64,000 nucleotides of DNA from an uncultured Chloroflexia bacterium (GTDB lineage Bacteria; Chloroflexota; Anaerolineae; CG2-30-64-16): contig CAWEMM010000012.1 in assembly GCA_963810095.1 (NCBI GenBank), positions 544,001-608,000 on the forward strand, in the 5' to 3' direction. The notes under the pieces were generated by a model that was given only the letters and a program-made list of their open reading frames with translations, did not search any database and was not told the DNA's origin. Position 1 is the stretch's first letter. Each line of letters starts with the position of its first letter. Position numbers and translations under genes: made by a program. Shown here in pieces: positions 10,694 to 20,294 of the stretch.

Positions 10694-10846
10694 GATCGTC
10701 TCCTTCGGCGCCAGCCCTCCCGGCAGTCGCGCTCCGCGCTGCAGCCTGCCATTGTACTGAGCATGCATCCGCCAGGCACTGCTTGTCAAGCCCTTGCTTT
10801 CTCGCTACACTGTGTACAACTTTCATACCACCACAACGAGGCCAGC

Positions 10847-11356
10847 ATGAACCATTTCACCGAGATTTCGCCGGTCGACATCCACCACAATCCGTTCCAG
10901 CTCGTGGGCCGGGATTGGATGCTGATTACCGCGGGGACCATCGACTCCTTCAATACGATGACGGCCAGTTGGGGCACGCTCGGGCATCTCTGGGAGCGCG
11001 ACGTTGCAATCTGCTTTGTCCGGCCCCAGCGCCACACGTACGGCTTCATGGAGCGCGGCGGCGTCTACACGCTGAGTTTCTACGAGGAAGCCTGGCGCCC
11101 GGCGCTCGACTACTGCGGCAGCCATTCCGGGCGCGAGGTCGATAAGGCCCGCGAGACCGGACTGGTCCCGTTCGAGACGCCCGGCGGCGCGGTCGCGTTC
11201 GAGCAAGCGCGTCTCGTGTTGGAGTGCAGAAAGCTGTACGCGGGGGATATCCGGGAAGACAACTTCCTCGACCCCGCGTTGGTGGACGAGGTCTACGGCC
11301 GTCGCGACTTCCACCGGTTCTACGTGGGTCAAATCACCCGGGTGCTGACCAGGTAA
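10847..11356 (+). CDS. Flavin reductase-like (flavoredoxin) protein
   Basis: WMLITAG, NTMTASWG, FVRPQRHT, CGSHSGR. Confidence 0.85.
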   Translation: MNHFTEISPVDIHHNPFQLVGRDWMLITAGTIDSFNTMTASWGTLGHLWERDVAICFVRPQRHTYGFMERGGVYTLSFYEEAWRPALDYCGSHSGREVDKARETGLVPFETPGGAVAFEQARLVLECRKLYAGDIREDNFLDPALVDEVYGRRDFHRFYVGQITRVLTR

Positions 11357-11397
11357 ACAACGCGACTGCCCGGGGGAACTGACGCGGGGGGGTGCGG

Positions 11398-12285
11398 ATG
11401 CACGTACGCGAGATCGAGGCGAAGACCTTGCTCTCTGCCTGCGCGAAGCCCGATCCATGGTTCGGGATCAAGTACACGATGAACCTGTATCGGGGCTGCG
11501 GGCATCACTGCATCTACTGCGACAGCCGCAGCGAGTGCTACCAGATCGCGGACTTCGACGGCGAGGTGCTGGTCAAAGCGAACGCGCTGGAGTTGCTGAA
11601 GAAGGAACTGCCGCGAAAGCGCGTGAAAGGCTACGTCAGCACTGGATCGATGAACGATCCGTACCAGCCGCTCGAACGGGTGCGCGGCTTGACGCGCGGC
11701 GCGCTCGAGATCGTCGCGGCCCATCGCTTTCCCGTCCATATTATCACCAAGGGCGACCTCGTCGTGCGCGATGTCGACCTGTTGTGTGCGATCCGCGACG
11801 CAACGGGGCCACGCGGCGCGGTCGTCAGTTTTACCATTACGACGCCCGACGACGACCTCTCGCGAAGACTGGAGCCGGGCGCGCCGGCGTCGTCGGCCCG
11901 GTTTGCCGCCTTGGCAGCACTTGCCGCGCGCGGCCTTTGGGCCGGCGTCACCCTGATGCCCGTGCTGCCCTTGATCGAGGATGACGAGGAGAGCGTGCGG
12001 CGGCTCGTGGAGCGTGCCGCAGGGTGTGGAGCGAAGTATGTGATTCCGGCCTGGGGGCTGACGTTGCGGAACCGACAGCGCACGTACTATTACCAGCAAC
12101 TGGACCGGCTGTTTCCAGGGCTACGGGAAAAGTATGAGCGTGCATACCGGGAGCGGTACTCGGCCGGCTCGCCGAACGCGCGCCGGCTCGAAAGAGTTTT
12201 CGACGGGCTGGCCTCGGGCCATCGTCTCGAACGATGCGTACCTCCGTACCAACCCCCTGAGGCGGAGCAACTCGCCCTGTTCTGA
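11398..12285 (+). CDS. Radical SAM protein (SplB/Rv2578c-like)
   Basis: NLYRGCGHHCIYCD CxxxCxxC motif; DPYQPLE. Confidence 0.88.
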   Translation: MHVREIEAKTLLSACAKPDPWFGIKYTMNLYRGCGHHCIYCDSRSECYQIADFDGEVLVKANALELLKKELPRKRVKGYVSTGSMNDPYQPLERVRGLTRGALEIVAAHRFPVHIITKGDLVVRDVDLLCAIRDATGPRGAVVSFTITTPDDDLSRRLEPGAPASSARFAALAALAARGLWAGVTLMPVLPLIEDDEESVRRLVERAAGCGAKYVIPAWGLTLRNRQRTYYYQQLDRLFPGLREKYERAYRERYSAGSPNARRLERVFDGLASGHRLERCVPPYQPPEAEQLALF

Positions 12286-13296
12286 CCCGCCAGCGCGGGC
12301 CTGAAGTCCGGTCGGGTTCAGGTCGCCCGAGCGTGCCGATCGCGCTCGCCGGCTCCGCCGCGCCGACCGCTGGTATTCGTCGAAGGCCACGGCCCCCAGG
12401 AGAATCAGCCCGCGCACGACGAACTGTGCGTAGATGCCCCAGCCGGCAAGCTGCATCCCATTGCCCAAGATCGCCAGCACGAACACGCCGGCCACGAGCG
12501 CAGGCACGTTGCCCTCGCCGCCCATGAAGCTAACCCCGCCCAGGATCGCGGCCGTCAGTGCCGTGAACTCCGTCCCCGGCCCGAAGGACGAGTGCGTCGT
12601 GTTTGCCTTGGAGACCATCACCATCGTTGCCACGGCGGTGAGGAAACCGCAGACCGTGTACGTGGAAATCTTGAGGAACTTGGTGTTCATCCCCGCAAGT
12701 CGCGACGCTTCTTCGTTGCCGCCCAGTCCGACGATCCGCAGCCCATAGACCGTTTGGTAGTATACAAGGCTCGCAACGACAACCACCGCGAGTGCCAGGA
12801 TTACGTCCAGCGGGACGCCAAGCACCTGGCCCTTCGTGATCACGAGAAACTGCTCAGGGTAGTTGCGGTACGTCTTGGATTGGCTGAGCATGTACGAGAT
12901 GCCCTGGAAGATGACAGCAGTGCCAAGCGTCGCAATAAGTGGGAAGATCTTCAGCCGAGTCACGATCAGGCCATTGACCAAGCCCAGAATCGTGCCCAGA
13001 ATCAGCCCGAGCAGGACCGCAGCCCACGGCGGCACGCCGTATACCGTCATCGCCATCGCGGTGACCACGCCGACAAGCGACATTTGGTAGCCGACCGACA
13101 AGTCCACGCCGCCGCCGATCATGACGAACGACAGCGCAACCGCCACGATTACGAAGTAGGTATTCTGCGTGACGATGTTGGTGAGGTTCCGGACCGTCAG
13201 GAAGTAGGGGCTGGAGAACGAAAACAGGGCCACCAGCGCGAACAGCACGAGCATGATGGCGTATTTTTGGAGGCCGCTGATTCTCGAATTCGACAT
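12121..13296 (-). CDS. Sugar ABC transporter permease (RbsC-like); the C-terminal tail is probably read-through from an indel (true stop likely near 12318)
   Basis: GGGVDLSVG, GGNEEASRLAG, AAILGGVSFMGGEG. Confidence 0.85.
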   Translation of the reverse strand: MSNSRISGLQKYAIMLVLFALVALFSFSSPYFLTVRNLTNIVTQNTYFVIVAVALSFVMIGGGVDLSVGYQMSLVGVVTAMAMTVYGVPPWAAVLLGLILGTILGLVNGLIVTRLKIFPLIATLGTAVIFQGISYMLSQSKTYRNYPEQFLVITKGQVLGVPLDVILALAVVVVASLVYYQTVYGLRIVGLGGNEEASRLAGMNTKFLKISTYTVCGFLTAVATMVMVSKANTTHSSFGPGTEFTALTAAILGGVSFMGGEGNVPALVAGVFVLAILGNGMQLAGWGIYAQFVVRGLILLGAVAFDEYQRSARRSRRARSARSGDLNPTGLQARAGGSEQGELLRLRGLVRRYASFETMARGQPVENSFEPARVRRAGRVPLPVCTLILFP

Positions 13297-13309
13297 ATTT
13301 CGGCGCGCC

Positions 13310-14100
13310 TTATCCAAATGACCGGTACTGGACTTCGGGTGCAGGGGTCCCGTTCTGGTCCTTGCCCTTGACGATCATCGTCACGACGTCGTCAAGGGTT
13401 ACCTTGCTCACGTCCATCACGTCCTGACGCTGGCCGCCTTTGAGGACGAAGACCCGATCGGCGATAGCGAGAACATCCGGGATCCGCTGCGTGATGAGCA
13501 GGACCGACAAACCGCGGTTTCGCAGGTCACGGATGAGCCCAAGCAGCTTGTTGGCCTCAGTAACTCCTAGGGCTGCAGTGGGCTCATCCATGATGAGGAT
13601 CTTGGAATCAAAGGCAATCGCGCGGGCGCATGCCACCATCTGTCGCTGACCGCCCGACATTCGCGCTGACGCTCATCCTGGGCGACTTAATGTCCACGCG
13701 GCAGTTCTTTGATCAGTTCCTCGGCCCGCCTGTACAGAGTCCGCTTGTCCAGAAACATCCCCAGCGGCCCGCGTGTACACTCTCGACCGATGAAGATGTT
13801 CCGGGCGACGTCAAGGTTGTTGAAGAGGGCGAGATCCTGGTAGATCATCGCGATCCCCATCCGGGCCGCATCCTGTGGGTTACGGATGTGCGCGACTTGC
13901 CCATCGATCAGAATGCTCCCCTCGTCGGGCAGGTGCGCGCCGGAGAGAACCTTCATCAGGGTCGACTTGCCGGCGCCGTTGTCGCCGACAAGCCCCATGA
14001 TTTCCCCCCGGCGCAGCTCCAGGTTCACATCCGCCAGCGCGCGCACGCCGCCGAAGCTTTTGCAGATGCTGCGCATCTCAACGACGTAGTCTGATTGCAT
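13310..14100 (-). CDS. Sugar ABC transporter ATP-binding protein (frameshift near 13700)
   Basis: [10 protein letters not shown] in one frame; [19 protein letters not shown] in the other. Confidence 0.88.
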
Positions 14101-14148
14101 TGTGCCATCCAAGTGCGGCGCTCGATCCAAGTAGCTGTGGGCGCCCGC

Positions 14149-15369
14149 TCAGGGCGTTCCGCTGACGACGCCAGAGTTGGCGACCGGCTTCACATCCAGT
14201 TTGCCGTCTACCGCAGTCGCCAGAGCAAGCGGGTCCCAAGTGACCTCCGAAAAGGGCTCGCCGCTCAGGATCTTTTTGGCAATCGCAACGGTGGAGCCCG
14301 GCAGATCGCCGCCGCCGAAGGCCACCGCGCCCCTAAACGCGCCCTTGCCCTGGGCCGCCTCCATAATCGCGTCGCCTTCTGGCCCGAACATCCCGACGCC
14401 GAAGACTGCAACCTTGCTCAGGTCCTTGATTGCGCTGGCAGAACCCTTGGCAACCTCGTCCACGATCGCCTTCGAGGCGCCATTTCCGCCGTCAGACGCG
14501 TAGGCGACCACAAGTTTGACGTTCGGGTTGGTCGTGAGGACATTCTGCATCGCTGTCTGGCCCGCCTGAAACATCTCAGCGCTGGGGGTCTGCACGATCT
14601 TGACTGCCGGGCTATACACCGGGTTGGCGACCCGGTCTGCGTCGCCTTTGCCAGCGAGATAGTTCCCCTTCGCATCGGAGATCGCGACGCCCATTTTGTC
14701 GATCAGTTCGCCGGCCGAGTTTTTCAAGTAAGGTTCGCTGATCATCAACAGGCCGTTGGAGCGTTCGACCGCCTCGGGATTGAGCGACGAGAGAAAGACG
14801 ACGGTCTCGATCGAGCCGGGCGCGGCATCGGGATAGGTTTGCTCGACCCATCGCTTCGCCATCAGCGCAGCATACTCGCCTGCCAGGAACTGGTCCATCT
14901 TCATGACGGCGTCGCGGCCCGACTGCCCCGGCTCACCTCCGGCAACCATCACTTTGACCCCCGCCTTGCGAGCGGCCTCAAGCTTCGGCAGCAGGCTGCT
15001 GGCTTCAGCCGCCATGGCGAAGAGCAACTTGGGTTTCATGGCCGTGAAGTTCTCGACCTGGGTCGCCTGAGTGTTCGGGTTACCGTCCGCACTAGCTGTC
15101 TGGACGTCGTACTCGTTGCCGAACTCCTTGACGAACGCGTCGCGGAGCGCCAGCATCAGAGGGTTATCCATGGCAGGCAGCGCCACCGCAAGGAGCGGCT
15201 TACCCGTGTTCTCGGGCGGCACAGTTGCCGCCGGCGCCTCTTTCGCGGGTGCGGTTGTCGCCGCTGGTTGGGCCGGCGCGGGTGCTGCGGGCGGAGCCCC
15301 TGTGCACCCGGCAAGTAGGATCAGAATGCCGAGCAGCGCGAGGGTGAGCGTGAGGGACAGACGGTTCAT
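14149..15369 (-). CDS. Sugar-type ABC substrate-binding lipoprotein (type I PBP)
   Basis: Lipobox LAGC, PA/T linker, ALPAMDNP, SADGNPNTQATQVE. Confidence 0.85.
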   Translation of the reverse strand: MNRLSLTLTLALLGILILLAGCTGAPPAAPAPAQPAATTAPAKEAPAATVPPENTGKPLLAVALPAMDNPLMLALRDAFVKEFGNEYDVQTASADGNPNTQATQVENFTAMKPKLLFAMAAEASSLLPKLEAARKAGVKVMVAGGEPGQSGRDAVMKMDQFLAGEYAALMAKRWVEQTYPDAAPGSIETVVFLSSLNPEAVERSNGLLMISEPYLKNSAGELIDKMGVAISDAKGNYLAGKGDADRVANPVYSPAVKIVQTPSAEMFQAGQTAMQNVLTTNPNVKLVVAYASDGGNGASKAIVDEVAKGSASAIKDLSKVAVFGVGMFGPEGDAIMEAAQGKGAFRGAVAFGGGDLPGSTVAIAKKILSGEPFSEVTWDPLALATAVDGKLDVKPVANSGVVSGTP

Positions 15370-15477
15370 CGTTCTTCTCCTTCCGATTGGTAGCCATCAT
15401 CGGCATAACCGGCATCATACCAGGGAGAATGTTCGAGCTGGCAGAACTGCCGCACTTGTCTTGTTGGACGAAATCTT

Positions 15478-15528
15478 GTCTTATGATATGATACGACGCA
15501 TCATAGCACGGGTCACCGCGCTTGTCAA
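15478..15528 (-). promoter_or_regulatory. Sigma70 promoter of ABC operon 1 with 17-bp operator
   Basis: Minus strand TTGACA(15528-15523)-N17-TATGAT with extended TG; operator GTCTTATGATATGATAC at 15478-15494. Confidence 0.75.
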
Positions 15529-15621
15529 TAGTTTCACGAAGGCTCGTGGCGCCGGCGAAGCATCGGAGGGCAAGGGCGCGAAACAAACAGGCGTAAACTA
15601 GGTCGTAGATCAAACGTGTAG

Positions 15622-15642
15622 TACGATATCACATAGTGAAAC
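15622..15642 (+). promoter_or_regulatory. 17-bp operator upstream of iclR-type gene (probable autoregulation)
   Basis: ATATCACATAGTGAAAC at 15626-15642, overlapping -10-like TACGAT. Confidence 0.6.
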
Positions 15643-15694
15643 GATTTCCGGCCGGACAGCCTTCGGGCCCAGCAGTTGAGCAAGGAATGCCAGC

Positions 15695-16468
15695 GTGAAC
15701 AGAGATCCGAACGAATACAACGTGCGTGCGATCGAGCGCGCCCTCCAGATCCTGGAGTGCTTTGACGACGAGCATCCTGCGCGGGGCGTTTCGGAAATTG
15801 CCGAAGCGGTTGGCCTCCACAAGGCAACCACCCACCGCCTGATCACGACGCTGGCCAATCACGGCTATCTCGAGCGCCTCCCCGGCGAGCAGCATTACCG
15901 CCTCGGCATGCAATTGGCGACGCTGGGCTTGTCGATCCTGCGCGGCATGGATCTGCGCCGGGAGGCCGTGCCCTACATCGCGAACGTCGTGGCGCGCTGC
16001 GAGGAGACGTGCGACATGAGCGTGCTCGACCGGGGCGAGGCGTTGATCGTCGAGGTGATCCGCAGCCGGCACGTTCTCGCCATGGCGACGAGCGTCGGGC
16101 AGCGGCTCCCCCTGCACGCGACCGCCGGCGGCAAGGTGTTCCTCGCGTTTGCCCCCGAAGAGGAACGGGAGGCGCTGCTGGGGCGGCCGCTCAAGCGCTA
16201 CACGCCGAAGACGATCACGGACCCCGAGGTACTGCGCGAGGAAGCGGCGCGCTTCCTCGCGCAAGGGTATGCGTTTGACGACGAGGAATTCGAGGTGGGC
16301 GTGCGTGCGATCGCCGCACCCGTGCGGAATGCGCTCGACCAGGTCACGGCTGCGGTGAGTATGCCCGGACCGGTCACGCGCATCACGCCGGATCGCATCG
16401 CGGAAATCGGGCAGGCGATGATGGAGACGGCCAATGCGATCTCGCAGCGCCTGGGCTGGCGTGCCTAA
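15695..16468 (+). CDS. IclR family transcriptional regulator
   Basis: AIERALQILECF, GLHKATTHRL HTH; PLHATAGGK, GYAFDDEE, AIAAPV. Confidence 0.93.
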   Translation: MNRDPNEYNVRAIERALQILECFDDEHPARGVSEIAEAVGLHKATTHRLITTLANHGYLERLPGEQHYRLGMQLATLGLSILRGMDLRREAVPYIANVVARCEETCDMSVLDRGEALIVEVIRSRHVLAMATSVGQRLPLHATAGGKVFLAFAPEEEREALLGRPLKRYTPKTITDPEVLREEAARFLAQGYAFDDEEFEVGVRAIAAPVRNALDQVTAAVSMPGPVTRITPDRIAEIGQAMMETANAISQRLGWRA

Positions 16469-16491
16469 CCGTCTATCCTGCCAAGCAACAC

Positions 16492-16527
16492 AGACGCCCG
16501 ACAGCACTTGCCGGGCGTCTACTTTTT
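16492..16527 (+). terminator. Intrinsic terminator after iclR-type gene
   Basis: AGACGCCCG...CGGGCGTCT followed by ACTTTTT. Confidence 0.6.
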
Positions 16528-16903
16528 ATCCAGCCGCGGCGGTCGGGATGTTGTGCTCTGACTGCATGACGCCTTCACGGAACTCCTGCACGTCCACCGA
16601 AAGCGAGAGGTAGCCCGTCGCGTACCGTTCGCCCAGCGTCTCTTTGAGCGCGCCGAAGACCCGGGCGGCGATCTCCTGCTGCACTTCGTGCGGCCGGCCC
16701 GCCTTGATCCACAGGGTGACATGGGCGAAAGCGTAGTCCGGGTTGCCGTCGCCCACGCGATACTCCGTCAGGCGAACCGCCCGGCTCTTGATAGCATTCT
16801 GCTTGATTGCGCCGGTTGCGGCCAGCTCCGCGTGCAGCCGGCCCAGCAGGGCCTGCACGTCGAAGACCAGGTTATCGGTATATTCCAGGGTCAGTTGTGG
16901 CAT
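16526..16903 (-). CDS. 5-carboxymethyl-2-hydroxymuconate isomerase (CHMI/HpcD)-like tautomerase
   Basis: Catalytic Pro-1 (MPQLTLEYTDNL), IKSRA, FAHVTL, GR, C-terminal HN. Confidence 0.85.
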   Translation of the reverse strand: MPQLTLEYTDNLVFDVQALLGRLHAELAATGAIKQNAIKSRAVRLTEYRVGDGNPDYAFAHVTLWIKAGRPHEVQQEIAARVFGALKETLGERYATGYLSLSVDVQEFREGVMQSEHNIPTAAAG

Positions 16904-16941
16904 GATGCACCTCTTCGAGGTGAATGACCTCGTCTGGCCGC

Positions 16942-17898
16942 CTATTCTACCCGCGGGGTCCCGTGCTCGTGAAACGACGCGATCGTCTGCAAGCCCCAGG
17001 CCTGGCCCTTCTTGCGCTCGGCCTCGCTCCAGACCACTGCCGGCCAATCGGGCGCAAGGATCAGGCGGGCGCCTGCGTTCGCAACCTCGAAGCGATTCCC
17101 GCCCGGCTCATACAGGTATAGAAAGAAGGTCTGCTGGATGGCGTGCTTGTGCGGCCCGGTCTCGATGTGGACGCCGTGCTCCAGGCAGATGTCCGCCGCT
17201 CGCAGCACCTCTTCGCGGCTGTCCACCGCATACGTCACATGATGAAGCCTGCCGTGCGCGCCGTAACGGTCTTCGGCAATGGCCACGTCATACGACTTGT
17301 TGCATACCGTCAGCCACGCGCCCTTCTCAGATCCGTCGTCGAAGATGATCTGCTCGGTCAGCCGGCAGCCGAGCGCGTCCTGCATGAAGGCACGATTCGC
17401 GGCGACGTCTGCCGCCAGCAAGTTGATGTGGTCGATCCGGCGGACGTTCGCCCCCCGCCCCGGGAAACGCGAGGCCTGGTTCTTCAGCGCGGGGCGCAGC
17501 TCGGCCGGCGCCTGGTACCACTCGGTCTCGTAGTAGATCTGGAGGTGGTGGCCGTCGGGGTCACGGAACTCGTAGGCCGGACCGTGCCCCAGTTCGCCGT
17601 CGGTCCAGCCGGCGCCGAGGCCCGTGCGCTCGACCGCCGCGACGCGGCGCTCGAGGGCAGCCTGGCTCGTCGCGCGGAACGCGTAGTGCCCCAGCCCGGG
17701 CTGTTTGGCGGCGGTGAGCTTAAGCGTGTGATGCTCGTAATCGTCCCACCCGCGCAGGTAGACCGAATCGCCCTGGCGGCCGCTCTCGACCATGCCCATA
17801 ATGTCTTTGAAGAAATGCAGGCTCTCGTCGGGCAGGGGCGTCAGCATCTCGACGTGCGCCAGGTGTGCGAGATCATATATGGGTTCAGCACCGGCCAT
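16942..17898 (-). CDS. Catechol 2,3-dioxygenase-type (VOC family) extradiol dioxygenase
   Basis: LAHVEMLTP, RIDHINL, LHHVTY, GPHKHAIQQTFFLYLYEPGGNRFE. Confidence 0.9.
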   Translation of the reverse strand: MAGAEPIYDLAHLAHVEMLTPLPDESLHFFKDIMGMVESGRQGDSVYLRGWDDYEHHTLKLTAAKQPGLGHYAFRATSQAALERRVAAVERTGLGAGWTDGELGHGPAYEFRDPDGHHLQIYYETEWYQAPAELRPALKNQASRFPGRGANVRRIDHINLLAADVAANRAFMQDALGCRLTEQIIFDDGSEKGAWLTVCNKSYDVAIAEDRYGAHGRLHHVTYAVDSREEVLRAADICLEHGVHIETGPHKHAIQQTFFLYLYEPGGNRFEVANAGARLILAPDWPAVVWSEAERKKGQAWGLQTIASFHEHGTPRVE

Positions 17899-17899
17899 C

Positions 17900-18541
17900 T
17901 TATCCTCCCCGGTTGCTCTCGACCACTGCCCGCAGACCGTGAACGTCGTAGGTCTGCGCACCGTCGAGCAAGCGTCCCCGCAGCGCATCTTCGCGCGCAC
18001 TGCGGGCGGCAGCGGCTTCGAGCACTTCCGTCGTGCGGGCGGCGGGAACACACACCGCCCCGTCCGCATCCAAAACGAGCAGGTCGCCTGGCGAAATGCG
18101 CATCCCGCCCACGGTCACCGGCACGTCCAGCCCGCCCACGATGTCCTTCGTTGCACCTTTGACCCGCACGTAGCGCGCCCAAATGGGCAGGCCGACGCGC
18201 GCCAGTTCGTCGTAGTCGCGAATGGCTGCGTCGACCAGCACGCCGGCCGCATGCCGCACGCGCACCTGGATCGCGAGCAGCTCGCCCATGAGCGCCACGG
18301 GCCGCGGCTCAGGCATGGTCAGCACCACGATGTCGCCGGGCTCGATCCGCTCGATTGCCGCGTGGACCATCAGGTTGTCGTCCTGGCCGCACGCGACCGT
18401 CCGTGCCGGCCCGGCAACCGAGCTCTGCGGCACGACCTGGATCAGAGGGACGTCGATGAGCCCTTCCCGGCCGCCGGCTTCATACACCGTCGCGACGCCG
18501 AGCGCCGCGAACCGGCTGCACATCTCTTTATCTACAGGCAT
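17900..18541 (-). CDS. galC: 4-carboxy-4-hydroxy-2-oxoadipate (HMG/CHA) aldolase, RraA family
   Basis: GVATVYEA, AGPARTV, DDNLMVHAA, MGELLA, DAAIRD, PGDLLVLDADGAV. Confidence 0.85.
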   Translation of the reverse strand: MPVDKEMCSRFAALGVATVYEAGGREGLIDVPLIQVVPQSSVAGPARTVACGQDDNLMVHAAIERIEPGDIVVLTMPEPRPVALMGELLAIQVRVRHAAGVLVDAAIRDYDELARVGLPIWARYVRVKGATKDIVGGLDVPVTVGGMRISPGDLLVLDADGAVCVPAARTTEVLEAAAARSAREDALRGRLLDGAQTYDVHGLRAVVESNRGG

Positions 18542-19248
18542 GTCACCACCCAAGGCAGCGTCCGCTGCAGCGCTTCGGCGTAGCGAACCTCCTCGCGGCC
18601 GGCAATGCGTCGGGCATGGTTGCCGCGGCGTGCGGCCAGGTCCGTATAGTAGCTCTGCAAGTATGCCTGCGCCTTCATCGCGGCCATCGCCTCGACCTTG
18701 CGACTGAAGACAGGCGTGATGTCGAGAAACGTATTGGGCGTGAAGCCACACAGCTCGGGTTGGTGCGGCTCAAAATAGTAGAGGTCCGGGGGTGTAATCC
18801 GGTCGAAGGCGCTGGCCACGCCCGCGCCCGCAGCCAACAGCCGCGCTTTCTGCACCGCCTCACACGCGACGGGATGGTCGGGATTGAACGGGTCGACGGG
18901 GGTGTGCGTGAGCACGATCGTTGGCCGCCACTGCCGGAACAGCGCCACCAGCGCGTCGAGTGCCCCCCCATCCACGACGAGGGGGTAGTCGCCCAGGTCC
19001 AGGCAGCGGAACGACGCACCGACCGCGGCCGCGGCCGCCTCCGCTTCCGCGTGGCGGATCTGCTTGACGTTTTCGACCGTCTGGCCGGGCCGCTTCCACA
19101 GCTCGCCCGATTCGCCCCGCTCGCCGTACGAAAGCGCGACGACCTCGGCCAGCCCGCCTTGCGCCACGGTCACGGCTATTGCGCCCGCGGCCCGCCAGAC
19201 AAAATCCGCGGCGTGCGCGCCGATGACCAGCAAACGTTGTTCCGCCAA
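18532..19248 (-). CDS. galB: 4-oxalomesaconate hydratase, PIG-L/LmbE family
   Basis: GAHAADFVWRAAGAIA, LSYGERGESGELW, DPFNPDHP, FEPHQPELC; adjacent to CHA aldolase. Confidence 0.88.
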   Translation of the reverse strand: MAEQRLLVIGAHAADFVWRAAGAIAVTVAQGGLAEVVALSYGERGESGELWKRPGQTVENVKQIRHAEAEAAAAAVGASFRCLDLGDYPLVVDGGALDALVALFRQWRPTIVLTHTPVDPFNPDHPVACEAVQKARLLAAGAGVASAFDRITPPDLYYFEPHQPELCGFTPNTFLDITPVFSRKVEAMAAMKAQAYLQSYYTDLAARRGNHARRIAGREEVRYAEALQRTLPWVVTCL

Positions 19249-19269
19249 GGCGTCCTCCTCGCAGGGCGA

Positions 19270-19320
19270 AAAAACCAGGTTTCTGCGCCAGCTTCGCTAG
19301 CGTGGAGAAACCTGGTTTCT
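19270..19320. repeat. Family B repeat: two AGAAACCNGGTTTCT palindromes with a 21-bp spacer
   Basis: AAAAACCAGGTTTCT-GCGCCAGCTTCGCTAGCGTGG-AGAAACCTGGTTTCT; inverted copy at 40819-40869. Confidence 0.8.
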
Positions 19321-19323
19321 GGA

Positions 19324-20245
19324 CTATTGTGCGACCGTCTTCCGGCAGCCATCCAGGAAGTCCAGCACCCGGGCGACATTCTCGGGCGTCTCGAAGGCCG
19401 GGTCCGCGTGGCCCGCGCCTTCGAGCAGTTCCAGGGTGACCGGGACGCCCGGCGGCTTCGAGTTTGGCGGCCAGGTTGACGGACTGCTGAACCGGGACGA
19501 TGGCATCCTGCGTGCCGTGCTGGAGGAGGAAGGGCGGCAGTCCGGCCCGCACATAGCTCTCGGGGTTCGCCCGCGCCACCAGCTCGGGGGCCTCGGTGAT
19601 GGTGTGGCCCAGCAGCAGCGATTCGGGCGAGTGCGGCTCGTCGTGTCGCAGGCCGGGCGGCGGCAGCAGGCCGCTTTCGGCAAGCTGCGCGTCCATCTTG
19701 AGGAAATCGGTCGGGCCGAACCAGGCCACTACCGCCTGCACGGCTGAGCTTTCCCCGCCGTGGCCCAGGTTCGCGTCCTCCAGCTCGGCCACTCCGCCGG
19801 AAACGCCGGCCATGGTCGCCTGCCACCCGCCCGCCGAGCCGCCCCACGCGGCGATCCAACGCGGGTCCAGACCGTACTCGGCCGCGTGCCCGCGGAGCCA
19901 GCGGATCGCGGCTTTCAGATCCTGGATCAGCGCGGGGAATTTTGCCTCGCCGCTCAGCCGGTAGTTGACCGCGGCCACGGCATACCCCCGCTTCAGGCCC
20001 TCGAGCATGGGCAACACCTGCACGTCGCCCTTGTCGCAGCCCATGAAGGCGCCGCCGTGGATCGACAGGACTACGGGGAATGGACCCGGCCCCTGGTCGG
20101 GCAGGTACAGGTCCAACCGCTGTGCGGTTGACAGGGGCGCGTACTGCAGGTCGATGAACTTCCGCTTGATGTAGCGGGTATCGGCGGGGGGCGGTGGCTC
20201 TGGCACCGCGTAATGTTCGCCTCGGTCCTGGCTGTTTGGGATCAT
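19324..20245 (-). CDS. Alpha/beta hydrolase esterase (BD-FAE/Aes-like), frameshift near 19455
   Basis: LDLYLP, IHGGAF, NYRLS, WGGSAGG, HGTQDAIVP, GAGHAD. Confidence 0.85.
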
Positions 20246-20294
20246 ATGGCTGCCTGTCTGCTGTCACGGGCGCTGTGGACGCAATATCAGGATC

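Noticed and set aside
11398-12285. Radical SAM as part of a RiPP or cofactor cluster
   Set aside because: SplB/Rv2578c-like stand-alone type; no precursor peptide, SPASM domain or transporter context
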